Of a DNA stretch of 64,000 bases, positions 38,130 to 52,658 are shown one piece after another. The notes under the pieces are model-generated. The model did no database searches and was not told the DNA's origin. It saw nothing but the letters and a program-made list of their open reading frames with translations. The position numbers and the translations under genes were made by a program. Source of the DNA: Yuukianura sp. NJ FZ-2021. Taxonomy: Eukaryota. The stretch is from NCBI GenBank assembly GCA_046563655.1, contig CM102286.1:10602001-10666000 (forward strand), given 5' to 3'. Positions within the stretch are counted from its first letter, which is position 1; each line of letters starts with the position of its first letter.

Positions 38130-41100
38130 GACGTTAAAGTGGAAATGAAATACAAATTTTTTCACCCACATTCCAATTTTTTTTCGAGCACAATGTTACT
38201 GAGAGTTAAAACTTCAACTAAACTCTCTACCAGGTCCACTGCTATTTATAAGAAGGTAAAAGTGACATCAAAGGAAATGTTGCCAGCCTCAGAATTTGAT
38301 GTACTGAGTCACGATTAAAAATATTTATTATCTGCCTTCTTCTTCCTACTGTGTGAAATATTTTTCAACTACAAAATCGACGTAAAAGAAACTTACCAGA
38401 CCCAGTTCACGGCTTGAATTTGAACTGTATTTGCGTTAAAGTGGAAAGGACACATTGGGATTCAGAAGGAAAGGTTTAAGGATTTCATCCCCCTGTGAAC
38501 CATCGTGTGGAAAATTTTGATAAACTGCCTTCTCATACATGTTGGGAAATTTTTTTTTCGAGCACAATGTTACTGAGAGTTAAAACTTCAACTAAACCCT
38601 CTACCAGGTCCACTGCTATTTATAAGAAGGTAAAAGTGACATCAAAGGAAATGCTGCCAGCCTCAGAATTTGTTGTACTGAGTCACGATTAAAAATATTT
38701 ATTACCTGCCTTCTTCTTCCTACTGTGTGAAATATTTTTCAACTACAAAATTGACGTAAAAGAAACTTACCAGACCCAGTTCACGGCTTGAATTTGAACT
38801 GTATTTGCGTTAAAGTGGAAAGGACACATTGGGATTCAGAAGGAAAGGTTTAAGGATTTCATCCCCCTGTGAACTATCGTGTGGAAAAGTTTGATAAGCT
38901 GCCTTCTCATACATGTTGGGAAATTTTTTTTTCGAGCACAATGTTACTGAGAGTTAAAACTTCAACTAAACTCTCTACCAGGTCCACTGATATTTATAAG
39001 AAGGTAAAAGTGACATCAAAGGAAATGTTGCCAGCCTCAGAATTTGTTGTGCTGAGTTACGATTAAAAATATTTATTATCTGCCTTCTTCTTCCTACTGT
39101 GTGAAATATTTTTCAACTACAAAATTGACGTAAAAGAAACTTACCAGACCCAGTGCACGGCTTGAATTTGAACTGTATTTGCGTTAAAGTGGAAAGGACA
39201 CATTGGGATTCAGAAGGAAAGGTTTAAGGATTTCATCCCCCTGTGAACTATCGTGTGGAAAATTTTGATAAGCTGCCTTCTCATACATGTTGGGAAATTT
39301 TTTTTTCGAGCACAATGTTACTGAGAGTTAAAACTTCAACTAAACTCTCTACCAGGTCCACTACTATTTATAAGAAGGTAAAAGTGACATCAAAGGAAAT
39401 GTTGCCAGCCTCAGAATTTGTTGTGCTGAGTTACGATTAAAAATATTTATTATCTGCCTTCTTCTTCCTACTGTGTGAAATATTTTTCAACTACAAAATT
39501 GACGTAAAAGAAAGTTACCAGACCCAGTTCACGGCTTGAATTTGAACTGTATTTGCGTTAAAGTGGAAAGGACACATTGGGATTCAGAAGGAAAGGTTTA
39601 AGGATTTCATCCCCTGTGAACTATCGTGTGGAAAATTTTGATAAACTGCCTTCTCATACATGTTGGGAAATTTTTTTTTCGAGCACAATGTTACTGAGAG
39701 TTAAAACTTCAACTAAACCCTCTACCAGGTCCACTGCTATTTATAAGAAGGTAAAAGTGACATCAAAGGAAATGCTGCCAGCCTCAGAATTTGTTGTACT
39801 GAGTCACGATTAAAAATATTTATTACCTGCCTTCTTCTTCCTATTGTGTGAAATATTTTTCAACTACAAAATTGACGTAAAAGAAACTTACCAGACCCAG
39901 TGCACGGCTTGAATTTGAACTGTATTTGCGTTAAAGTGGAAAGGACACATTGGGATTCAGAAGGAAAGGTTTAAGGATTTCATCCCCTGTGAACTATCGT
40001 GTGGAAAATTTTGATAAGCTGCCTTCTCATACATGTTGGGAAATTTTTTTTTCGAGCACAATGTCACTGAGAGTTAAAAGTTCAACTAAACTCTCTATCA
40101 GGTCCACTGCTATTTATAAGAAGGTAAAAGTGACATCAAAGGAAATGCTGCCAGCCTCAGAATTTGTTGTACTGAGTCACGATTAAAAATATTTATTACC
40201 TGCCTTCTTCTTCCTATTGTGTGAAATATTTTTCAACTACAAAATTGACGTAAGAGAAACTTACCAGACCCAGTTCACGGCTTGAATTTGAACTGTATTT
40301 GCGTTAAAGTGGAAAGGACACATTGGGATTCAGAAGGAAAGGTTTAAGGATTTCATCCCCCTGTGAACTATCGTGTGGAAAATTTTGATAAGCTGCCTTC
40401 TCATACATGTTGGGAATTTTTTTTTTCGAGCACAATGTTACTGAGAGTTAAAACTTCAACTAAACTCTCTACCAGGTCCACTGCTATTTATAAGAAGGTA
40501 AAAGTGACATCAAAGGAAATGCTGCCAGCCTCAGAATTTGTTGTACTGAGTCACGATTAAAAATATTTATTACCTGCCTTCTTCTTCCTATTGTGTGAAA
40601 TATTTTTCAACTACAAAATTGACGTAAGAGAAACTTACCAGACCCAGTTCACGGCTTGAATTTGAACTGTATTTGCGTTAAAGTGGAAAGGACACATTGG
40701 GATTCAGAAGGAAAGGTTTAAGGATTTCATCCCCCTGTGAACTATCGTGTGAAAAATTTTGATAAGCTGCCTTCTCATACATGTTGGGAAATTTTTTTTT
40801 CGAGCACAATGTTACTGAGAGTTAAAACTTCAACTAAACTCTCTACCAGGTCCACTGCTATTTATAAGAAGGTAAAAGTGACATCAAAGGAAATGCTGCC
40901 AGCCTCAGAATTTGTTGTACTGAGTCACGATTAAAAATATTTATTACCTGCTTTCTTCTTCGTATTGTGTGAAATATTTTTCAACTACAAAATTGACGTA
41001 AGAGAAACTTACCAGACCCAGTTCACGGCTTGAATTTGAACTGTATTTGCGTTAAAGTGGAAAGGACACATTGGGATTCAGTAGGAAAGGTTTAAGGATT

Positions 41101-44100
41101 TCATCCCCCTGTGAACTATCGTGTGGAAAATTTTGATAAGCTGCCTTCTCATACATGTTGGGAAATTTTTTTTTCGAGCACAATGTTACTGAGAGTTAAA
41201 ACTTCAACTAAACTCTCTACCAGGTCCACTGATATTTATAAGAAGGTAAAAGTGACATCAAAGGAAATGTTGCCAGCCTCAGAATTTGTTGTGCTGAGTT
41301 ACGATTAAAAATATTTATTATCTGCCTTCTTCTTCCTACTGTGTGAAATATTTTTCAACTACAAAATTGACGTAAAAGAAACTTACCAGACCCAGTGCAC
41401 GGCTTGAATTTGAACTGTATTTGCGTTAAAGTGGAAAGGACACATTGGGATTCAGAAGGAAAGGTTTAAGGATTTCATCCCCCTGTGAACTATCGTGTGG
41501 AAAATTTTGATAAGCTGCCTTCTCATACATGTTGGGAAATTTTTTTCGAGCACAATGTTACTGAGAGTTAAAACTTCAACTAAACTCTCTACCAGGTCCA
41601 CTACTATTTATAAGAAGGTAAAAGTGACATCAAAGGAGATGTTGCCAGCCTCAGAATTTGTTGTGCTGAGTTACGATTAAAAATATTTATTATCTGCCTT
41701 CTTCTTCCTACTGTGTGAAATATTTTTCAACTACAAAATTGACGTAAAAGAAACTTACCAGACCCAGTTCACGGCTTGAATTTGAACTGTATTTGCGTTA
41801 AAGTGGAAAGGACACATTGGGATTCAGAAGGAAAGGTTTAAGGATTTCATCCCCCTGTGAACTATCGTGTGGAAAATTTTGATAAACTGCCTTCTCATAC
41901 ATGTTGGGAAATTTTTTTTTCGAGCACAATGTTACTGAGAGTTAAAACTTCAACTAAACCCTCTACCAGGTCCACTGCTATTTATAAGAAGGTAAAAGTG
42001 ACATCAAAGGAAATGCTGCCAGCCTCAGAATTTGTTGTACTGAGTCACGATTAAAAATATTTATTACCTGCCTTCTTCTTCCTATTGTGTGAAATATTTT
42101 TCAACTACAAAATTGACGTAAAAGAAACTTACCAGACCCAGTGCACGGCTTGAATTTGAACTGTATTTGCGTTAAAGTGGAAAGGACACATTGGGATTCA
42201 GAAGGAAAGGTTTAAGGATTTCATCCCCCTGTGAACTATCGTGTGGAAAATTTTGATAAGCTGCCTTCTCATACATGTTGGGAAATTTTTTTTTCGAGCA
42301 CAATGTTACTGAGAGTTAAAAGTTCAACTAAACTCTCTATCAGGTCCACTGCTATTTATAAGAAGGTAAAAGTGACATCAAAGGAAATGTTGCCAGCCTC
42401 AGAATTTGTTGTACTGAGTCACGATTAAAAATATTTATTACCTGCCTTCTTCTTCCTATTGTGTGAAATATTTTCAACTACAAAATTGACGTAAGAGAAA
42501 CTTACCAGACCCAGTTCACGGCTTGAATTTGAACTGTATTTGCGTTAAAGTGGAAAGGACACATTGGGATTCAGAAGGAAAGGTTTAAGGATTTCATCCC
42601 CCTGTGAACTATCGTGTGGAAAATTTTGATAAGCTGCCTTCTCATATATGTTGGGAAATTTTTTTTTCGAGCACAATGTTACTGAGAGTTAAAACTTCAA
42701 CTAAACCCTCTACCAGGTCCACTGCTATTTATAAGAAGGTAAAAGTGACATCAAAGGAAATGCTGCCAGCCTCAGAATTTGTTGTACTGAGTCACGATTA
42801 AAAATATTTATTACCTGCCTTCTTCTTCCTATTGTGTGAAATATTTTTCAACTACAAAATTGACGTAAAAGAAACTTACCAGACCCAGTGCACGGCTTGA
42901 ATTTGAACTGTATTTGCGTTAAAGTGGAAAGGACACATTGGGATTCAGAAGGAAAGGTTTAAGGATTTCATCCCCTGTGAACTATCGTGTGGAAAATTTT
43001 GATAAGCTGCCTTCTCATACATGTTGGGAAATTTTTTTTTCGAGCACAATGTTACTGAGAGTTAAAAGTTCAACTAAACTCTCTATCAGGTCCACTGCTA
43101 TTTATAAGAAGGTAAAAGTGACATCAAAGGAAATGTTGCCAGCCTCAGAATTTGTTGTACTGAGTCACGATTAAAAATATTTATTACCTGCCTTCTTCTT
43201 CCTATTGTGTGAAATATTTTCAACTACAAAATTGACGTAAGAGAAACTTACCAGACCCAGTTCACGGCTTGAATTTGAACTGTATTTGCGTTAAAGTGGA
43301 AAGGACACATTGGGATTCAGAAGGAAAGGTTTAAGGATTTCATCCCCCTGTGAACTATCGTGTGGAAAATTTTGATAAGCTGCCTTCTCATATATGTTGG
43401 GAAATTTTTTTTTCGAGCACAATGTTACTGAGAGTTAAAACTTCAACTAAACTCTCTACCAGGTCCACTGCTATTTATAAGAAGGTAAAAGTGACATCAA
43501 AGGAAATGTTGCCAGCCTCAGAATTTGTTGTACTGAGTCACGATTAAAAATATTTATTACCTGCCTTCTTCTTCCTATTGTGTGAAATATTTTCAACTAC
43601 AAAATTGACGTAAGAGAAACTTACCAGACCCAGTTCACGGCTTGAATTTGAACTGTATTTGCGTTAAAGTGGAAAGGACACATTGGGATTCAGAAGGAAA
43701 GGTTTAAGGATTTCATCCCCCTGTGAACTATCGTGTGGAAAATTTTGATAAGCTGCCTTCTCATACATGTTGGGAAATTTTTTTTTCGAGCACAATGTTA
43801 CTGAGAGTTAAAAGTTCAACTAAACTCTCTATCAGGTCCACTGCTATTTATAAGAAGGTAAAAGTGACATCAAAGGAAATGTTGCCAGCCTCAGAATTTG
43901 TTGTACTGAGTCACGATTAAAAATATTTATTACCTGCCTTCTTCTTCCTATTGTGTGAAATATTTTCAACTACAAAATTGACGTAAGAGAAACTTACCAG
44001 ACCCAGTTCACGGCTTGAATTTGAACTGTATTTGCGTTAAAGTGGAAAGGACACATTGGGATTCAGAAGGAAAGGTTTAAGGATTTCATCCCCCTGTGAA

Positions 44101-47100
44101 CTATCGTGTGGAAAATTTTGATAAGCTGCCTTCTCATATATGTTGGGAAATTTTTTTTTTCGAGCACAATGTTACTGAGAGTTAAAACTTCAACTAAACT
44201 CTCTACCAGGTCCACTGCTATTTATAAGAAGGTAAAAGTGACATCAAAGGAAATGTTGCCAGCCTCAGAATTTGTTGTACTGAGTCACGATTAAAAATAT
44301 TTATTACCTGCCTTCTTCTTCCTATTGTGTGAAATATTTTCAACTACAAAATTGACGTAAGAGAAACTTACCAGACCCAGTTCACGGCTTGAATTTGAAC
44401 TGTATTTGCGTTAAAGTGGAAAGGACACATTGGGATTCAGAAGGAAAGGTTTAAGGATTTCATCCCCCTGTGAACTATCGTGTGGAAAATTTTGATAAGC
44501 TGCCTTCTCATACATGTTGGGAAATTTTTTTTTCGAGCACAATGTTACTGAGAGTTAAAACTTCAACTAAACTCTCTACCAGGTCCACTGCTATTTATAA
44601 GAAGGTAAAAGTGACATCAAAGGAAATGTTGCCAGCCTCAGAATTTGTTGTACTGAGTCACGATTAAAAATATTTATTACCTGCCTTCTTCTTTCTATTG
44701 TGTGAAATATTTTTCAACTACAAAATTGACGTAAGAGAAACTTACCAGACCCAGTTCACGGCTTGAATTTGAACTGTATTTACGTTAAAGTGGAAAGGAC
44801 ACATTGGGATTCAGAAGGAAAGGTTTAAGGATTTCATCCCCTGTGAACTATCGTGTGGAAAATTTTGATAAGCTGCCTTCTCATACATGTTGGGAAATTT
44901 TTTTTTCGAGCACAATGTTACTGAGAGTTAAAACTTCAACTAAACTCTCTACCAAGTCCACTGCTATTTATAAGAAGGTAAAAGTGACATCAAAGGAAAT
45001 GCTGCCAGCCTCAGAATTTGTTGTACTGAGTCACGATTAAAAATATTTATTATCTGCCTTCCTCTTCCTACTGTGTGAAATATTTTTCAACTACAAAATT
45101 GACGTAAAAGAAACTTACCAGACCCAGTTCACGGCTTGAATTTGAACTGTATTTGCGTTAAAGTGGAAAGGACACATTGGGATTCAGAAGGAAAGGTTTA
45201 AGGATTTCATCCTCCTGTGAACTATCGTGTGGAAAATTTTGATAAGCTGCCTTCTCATATATGTTGGGAAATTTTTTGTTCGAGCACAATGTTACTGAGA
45301 GTTAAAACTTCAACTAAACTCTCTACCAGGTCCACTGCTATTTATAAGAAGGTAAAAGTGACATCAAAGGAAATGTTGCCAGCCTCAGAATTTGTTGTAC
45401 TGAGTCACGATTAAAAATATTTATTACCTGCCTTCTTCTTCCTACTGTGTGAAATATTTTAAAACTACAAAATTGACGTAAAAGAAACTTACCAGACCCA
45501 GTTCACGGCTTGAATTTGAACTGTATTTGCGTTAAAGTGGAAAGGACACATTGGGATTCAGAAGGAAAGGTTTAAGGATTTCATCCTCCTGTGAACTATC
45601 GTGTGGAAAATTTTGATAAGCTGCCTTCTCATATATGTTGGGAAATTTTTGTTCGAGCACAATGTTACTGAGAGTTAAAACTTCAACTAAACTCTCTACC
45701 AGGTCCACTGCTATTTATAAGAAGGTAAAAGTGACATCAAAGGAAATGTTGCCAGCCTCAGAATTTGTTGTACTGAGTCACGATTAAAAATATTTATTAC
45801 CTGCCTTCTTCTTCCTACTGTGTGAAATATTTTAAAACTACAAAATTGACGTAAAAGAAACTTACCAGACCCAGTTCACGGCTTGAATTTGAACTGTATT
45901 TGCGTTAAAGTGGAAAGGACACATTGGGATTCAGAAGGAAAGGTTTAAGGATTTCATCTTCCTGTGAACTATCGTGTGGAAAATTTTGATAAGCTGCCTT
46001 CTCATATATGTTGGGAAATTTTTTGTTCGAGCACAATGTTACTGAGAGTTAAAACTTCAACTAAACTCTCTACCAGGTCCACTGCTATTTATAAGAAGGT
46101 AAAAGTGACATCAAAGGAAATGTTGCCAGCCTCAGAATTTGTTGTACTGAGTCACGATTAAAAATATTTATTATCTGCCTTCTTCTTCCTATTGTGTGAA
46201 ATATTTTTCAACTACAAAATTGACGTAAAAGAAACTTACCAGACCCAGTGCACGGCTTGAATTTGAACTGTATTTGCGTTAAAGTGGAAAGGACACATTG
46301 GGATTCAGAAGGAAAGGTTTAAGGATTTCATCCCCCTGTGAACTATCGTGTGGAAAATTTTGATAAGCTGCCTTCTCATACATGTTGGGAAATTTTTTTT
46401 TCGAGCACAATGTTACTGAGAGTTAAAACTTCAACTAAACTCTCTACCAGGTCCACTGCTATTTATAAGAAGGTAAAAGTGACATCAAAGGAAATGCTGC
46501 CAGCCTCAGAATTTGTTGTACTGAGTCACGATTAAAAATATTTATTACCTGCCTTCTTCTTTCTATTGTGTGAAATATTTTTCAACTACAAAATTGACGT
46601 AAGAGAAACTTACCAGACCCAGTTCACGGCTTGAATTTGAACTATATTTGCGTTAAAGTGGAAAGGACACATTGGGATTCAGAAGGAAAGGTTTAAGGAT
46701 TTCATCCCCCTGTGAACTATCGTGTGGAAAATTTTGATAAGCTGCCTTCTCATACATGTTGGGAAATTTTTTTTTCGAGCACAATGTTACTGAGAGTTAA
46801 AACTTCAACTAAACTCTCTACCAGGTCCACTGCTATTTATAAGAAGGTAAAAGTGACATCAAAGGAAATGCTGCCAGCCTCAGAATTTGTTGTACTGAGT
46901 CACGATTAAAAATATTTATTACCTGCCTTCTTCTTTCTATTGTGTGAAATATTTTTCAACTACAAAATTGACGTAAGAGAAACTTACCAGACCCAGTTCA
47001 CGGCTTGAATTTGAACTATATTTGCGTTAAAGTGGAAAGGACACATTGGGATTCAGAAGGAAAGGTTTAAGGATTTCATCCCCTGTGAACTATCGTGTGG

Positions 47101-50100
47101 AAAATTTTGATAAGCTGCCTTCTCATACATGTTGGGAAATTTTTTTTTCGAGCACAATGTTACTGAGAGTTAAAACTTCAACTAAACTCTCTACCAGGTC
47201 CACTGCTATTTATAAGAAGGTAAAAGTGACATCAAAGGAAATGTTGCCAGCCTCAGAATTTGTTGTACTGAGTCACGATTAAAAATATTTATTATCTGCC
47301 TTCTTCTTCCTATTGTGTGAAATATTTTTCAACTACAAAATTGACGTAAAAGAAACTTACCAGACCCAGTGCACGGCTTGAATTTGAACTGTATTTGCGT
47401 TAAAGTGGAAAGGACACATTGGGATTCAGAAGGAAAGGTTTAAGGATTTCATCCCCCTGTGAACTATCGTGTGGAAAATTTTGATAAGCTGCCTTCTCAT
47501 ACATGTTGGGAAATTTTTTTTTCGAGCACAATGTTACTGAGAGTTAAAAGTTCAACTAAACTCTCTATCAGGTCCACTGCTATTTATAAGAAGGTAAAAG
47601 TGACATCAAAGGAAATGTTGCCAGCCTCAGAATTTGTTGTACTGAGTCACGATTAAAAATATTTATTACCTGCCTTCTTCTTCCTATTGTGTGAAATATT
47701 TTCAACTACAAAATTGACGTAAGAGAAACTTACCAGACCCAGTTCACGGCTTGAATTTGAACTGTATTTGCGTTAAAGTGGAAAGGACACATTGGGATTC
47801 AGAAGGAAAGGTTTAAGGATTTCATCTTCCTGTGAACTATCGTGTGGAAAATTTTGATAAGCTGCATTCTCATATATGTTGGGAAATTTTTTGTTCGAGC
47901 ACAATGTTACTGAGAGTTAAAACTTCAACTAAACTCTCTACCAGGTCCACTGCTATTTATAAGAAGGTAAAAGTGACATCAAAGGAAATGTTGCCAGCCT
48001 CAGAATTTGTTGTACTGAGTCACGATTAAAAATATTTATTACCTGCCTTCTTCTTCCTACTGTGTGAAATATTTTAAAACTACAAAATTGACGTAAAAGA
48101 AACTTACCAGACCCAGTTCACGGCTTGAATTTGAACTGTATTTGCGTTAAAGTGGAAAGGACACATTGGGATTCAGAAGGAAAGGTTTAAGGATTTCATC
48201 TTCCTGTGAACTATCGTGTGGAAAATTTTGATAAGCTGCCTTCTCATATATGTTGGGAAATTTTTTGTTCGAGCACAATGTTACTGAGAGTTAAAACTTC
48301 AACTAAACTCTCTACCAGGTCCACTGCTATTTATAAGAAGGTAAAAGTGACATCAAAGGAAATGTTGCCAGCCTCAGAATTTGTTGTACTGAGTCACGAT
48401 TAAAAATATTTATTATCTGCCTTCTTCTTCCTATTGTGTGAAATATTTTTCAACTACAAAATTGACGTAAAAGAAACTTACCAGACCCAGTGCACGGCTT
48501 GAATTTGAACTGTATTTGCGTTAAAGTGGAAAGGACACATTGGGATTCAGAAGGAAAGGTTTAAGGATTTCATCCCCCTGTGAACTATCGTGTGGAAAAT
48601 TTTGATAAGCTGCCTTCTCATACATGTTGGGAAATTTTTTTCGAGCACAATGTTACTGAGAGTTAAAACTTCAACTAAACTCTCTACCAGGTCCACTGCT
48701 ATTTATAAGAAGGTAAAAGTGACATCAAAGGAAATGCTGCCAGCCTCAGAATTTGTTGTACTGAGTCACGATTAAAAATATTTATTACCTGCCTTCTTCT
48801 TTCTATTGTGTGAAATATTTTTCAACTACAAAATTGACGTAAGAGAAACTTACCAGACCCAGTTCACGGCTTGAATTTGAACTATATTTGCGTTAAAGTG
48901 GAAAGGACACATTGGGATTCAGAAGGAAAGGTTTAAGGATTTCATCCCCCTGTGAACTATCGTGTGGAAAATTTTGATAAGCTGCCTTCTCATACATGTT
49001 GGGAAATTTTTTTTTCGAGCACAATGTTACTGAGAGTTAAAACTTCAACTAAACTCTCTACCAGGTCCACTGCTATTTATAAGAAGGTAAAAGTGACATC
49101 AAAGGAAATGTTGCCAGCCTCAGAAATTGTTGTACTGAGTCACGATTAAAAATATTTATTATCTGCCTTCTTCTTCCTATTGTGTGAAATATTTTTCAAC
49201 TACAAAATTGACGTAAAAGAAACTTACCAGACCCAGTGCACGGCTTGAATTTGAACTGTATTTGCGTTAAAGTGGAAAGGACACATTGGGATTCAGAAGG
49301 AAAGGTTTAAGGATTTCATCCCCCTGTGAACTATCGTGTGGAAAATTTTGATAAGCTGCCTTCTCATACATGTTGGGAAATTTTTTTTTCGAGCACAATG
49401 TTACTGAGAGTTAAAACTTCAACTAAACTCTCTACCAGGTCCACTGCTATTTATAAGAAGGTAAAAGTGACATCAAAGGAAATGCTGCCAGCCTCAGAAT
49501 TTGTTGTACTGAGTCACGATTAAAAATATTTATTACCTGCCTTCTTCTTCCTATTGTGTGAAATATTTTTCAACTACAAAATTGACGTAAGAGAAACTTA
49601 CCAGACCCAGTTCACGGCTTGAATTTGAACTGTATTTGCGTTAAAGTGGAAAGGACACATTGGGATTCAGAAGGAAAGGTTTAAGGATTTCATCCCCCTG
49701 TGAACTATCGTGTGGAAAATTTTGATAAGCTGCCTTCTCATACATGTTGGGAAATTTTTTTTTTCAGCACAATGTTACTGAGAGTTAAAACTTCAACTAA
49801 ACTCTCTACCAGGTCCACTGATATTTATAAGAAGGTAAAAGTGACATCAAAGGAAATGTTGCCAGCCTCAGAATTTGTTGTGCTGAGTTACGATTAAAAA
49901 TATTTATTATCTGCCTTCTTCTTCCTACTGTGTGAAATATTTTTCAACTACAAAATTGACGTAGAAGAAACTTACAAGACCCAGTTCACGGCTTGAATTT
50001 GAACTGTATTTGCGTTAAAGTGGAAATGAAAACATTGGGATTCAGAAGGAAAGGTTTAAGGATTTCATCCCCCTGTGAACTATCGTGTGGAAAATTTTGA

Positions 50101-52030
50101 TAAGCTGCCTTCTCATACATGTTGGGAAATTTTTTTTTCGAGCACAATGTTACTGAGAGTTAAAACTTCAACTAAACTCTCTACCAGGTCCACTGCTATT
50201 TATAAGAAGGTAAAAGTGACATCAAAGGAAATGTTGCCAGCCTCAGAATTTGTTGTACTGAGTCACGATTAAAAATATTTATTATCTGCCTTCTTCTTCC
50301 TATTGTGTGAAATATTTTTCAACTACAAAATTGACGTAAAAGAAACTTACCAGACCCAGTGCACGGCTTGAATTTGAACTGTATTTGCGTTAAAGTGGAA
50401 ATGAAAACATTGGGATTCAGAAGGAAAGGTTTAAGGATTTCATCCCCCTGTGAACTATCGTGTGGAAAATTTTGATAAGCTGCCTTCTCATTTATGTTGG
50501 GAAATTTTTTTTTCGAGCACAATGTTACTGAGAGTTAAAACTTCAACTAAACTCTCTACCAGGTCCACTGCTATTTATAAGAAGGTAAAAGTGACATCAA
50601 AGGAAATGTTGCCAGCCTCAGAATTTGTTGTACTGAGTCACGATTAAAAATATTTATTACCTGCCTTCTTCTTTCTATTGTGTGAAATATTTTTCAACTA
50701 CAAAATTGACGTAAGAGAAACTTACCAGACCCAGTTCACGGCTTGAATTTGAACTATATTTGCGTTAAAGTGGAAAGGACACATTGGGATTCAGAAGGAA
50801 AGGTTTAAGGATTTCATCCCCTGTGAACTATCGTGTGGAAAATTTTGATAAGCTGCCTTCTCATACATGTTGGGAAATTTTTTTTTCGAGCACAATGTTA
50901 CTGAGAGTTAAAACTTCAACTAAACTCTCTACCAGGTCCACTGCTATTTATAAGAAGGTAAAAGTGACATCAAAGGAAATGTTGCCAGCCTCAGAATTTA
51001 TTGTGCTGAGTCACGATTAAAAATATTTATTATCTGCCTTCTTCTTCCTACTGTGTGAAATATTTTTCAACTACAAAATTGACGTAAAAGAAACTTACCA
51101 GACCCAGTTCACGGCTTGAATTTGAACTGTATTTGCGTTAAAGTGGAAATGAAAACATTGGGATTCAAAAGGAAAGGTTTAAGAAATTCATCCCCCTGTG
51201 AACTATCGTGTGGAAAATTTTGATAAGCTGCCTTCTCATATATGTTGGGAAAATTTTTTTTCGAGCACAATGTTACGGAGAGATAAAACTTCAACTAAAC
51301 TCTCTACCAGGTCCACTGCTATTTATAAGAAGGTAAAAGTGACATCAAAGGAAATGTTGCCAGCCTCAGAATTTGTTGTGCTGTGTTACGATTAAAAATA
51401 TTTATTATCTGCCTTCTTCTTCCTACTGTGTGAAATATTTTTCAACTACAAAATTGACGTAAAAGAAACTTACCAGACCCAGTTCACGGCTTGAATTTGA
51501 ACTGTATTTGCGTTAAAGTGGAAATGAAAACATTGGGATTCAAAAGGAAAGGTTTAAGAAATTCATCCCCCTGTGAACTATCGTGTGGAAAATTTTGATA
51601 AGCTGCCTTCTCATATATGTTGGGAAATTTTTTTTTCGAGCACAATGTTACTGAGAGATAAAACTTCAACTAAACTCTCTACCAGGTCCACTGCTATTTA
51701 TAAAAAGGTAAAAGTAACATCAAGGGAAATGTTGCCAGCCTCAGGAATTGTTGTACTGAGTCACGATTAAAAATATTTATTACCTGCCTTCTTTTTCCTG
51801 TTGTCTGAAATATTTTTCAACTACAAAATTGACGTACGAGAAACTTACCAAATCCAGTTCACGGCTTGAATTTGAACTGTATTTGCGTTAAAGTGGAAAG
51901 GACACATTGGGATTCAGAAGGAAAGGTTTAAGGATTTCATCCCCCTGTGAACTATCGTGTGGAAAATTTTGATAAGCTGCCTTCTCATACATGTTGGGAA
52001 ATTTTTTTCGAGCACAATGTTACTGAGAGA
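38130..52030. repeat. Tandem satellite, 373-375 bp unit, about 37 near-identical copies
   Basis: The same ORF recurs every 373-375 bp in the ORF track; the unit sequence is visibly repeated head to tail. Confidence 0.98.
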
Positions 52031-52340
52031 TAAACGTTCAATTATTTATAAGAAGATAACTGTGACGCAAACGTGTCAAAGTTTCTATCCCTAGTCATGG
52101 GAGCTGAATATCATGCTTGTACTCCTTTTTGGCTACCTTTGACCTCTAAACTGCTACTGTGTTTTACTTAAGAACACACTAGTTGTCGCACTGTTCGCCA
52201 CATTTCGATTCCTGGCACTTCTCGATTCTACTGAAAGAAAATCTTGCAGAACGACCCCATGACGCGAAATTGTCGAAGGTTCTGTCCCTAGTCACGGGAG
52301 CTGAATATCATGCTTGTACTCCTTGCTGGCTACCTTTAAC

Positions 52341-52658
52341 CAGCGATGTACTGTCTTCCGGAAGATTCTTCCATGGAGGACGTTTTCCGGCTTCATTCTT
52401 CTGACTTCCGGAAGATTTGAAGACGGAGCTTGCTCTGGAAGACGAAAGACTGGAAGACGAAATTTGCTCTGGAAGATGGAAGCCGGAAGACCGGAAGACA
52501 AAATATCCTCTGGAAAAGGAAACCGGAACACAAAATATCCTCTGGAAGACGGAAGCCGGAATACTGAAAGAGAAGCATTCTCTGGAAGACGGAAGACTGT
52601 AAGTCGAATCAGCTGTTTCTCTTGGGAAGACTGGAAGACGGAAGACATTACAAGACTG
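52341..52658. mobile_element. hAT-like MITE with GGAAGAC subrepeats
   Basis: Imperfect TIRs CAGCGATGTACTGTCTTCCG/CGGAAGACATTACAAGACTG; degraded 8-bp TSD CCTTTAAC/CGTTTGAC. Confidence 0.68.

Noticed and set aside
38495..51770. About 35 copies of a 65-aa plus-strand ORF read as a tandem gene family
   Set aside because: They start at GTG/TTG, shift frame with T-run length and show no recognisable domain; they are a by-product of the satellite.
38130..52030. CRISPR array
   Set aside because: The whole 374-bp unit repeats with no unique spacers; eukaryotic context and no cas genes.
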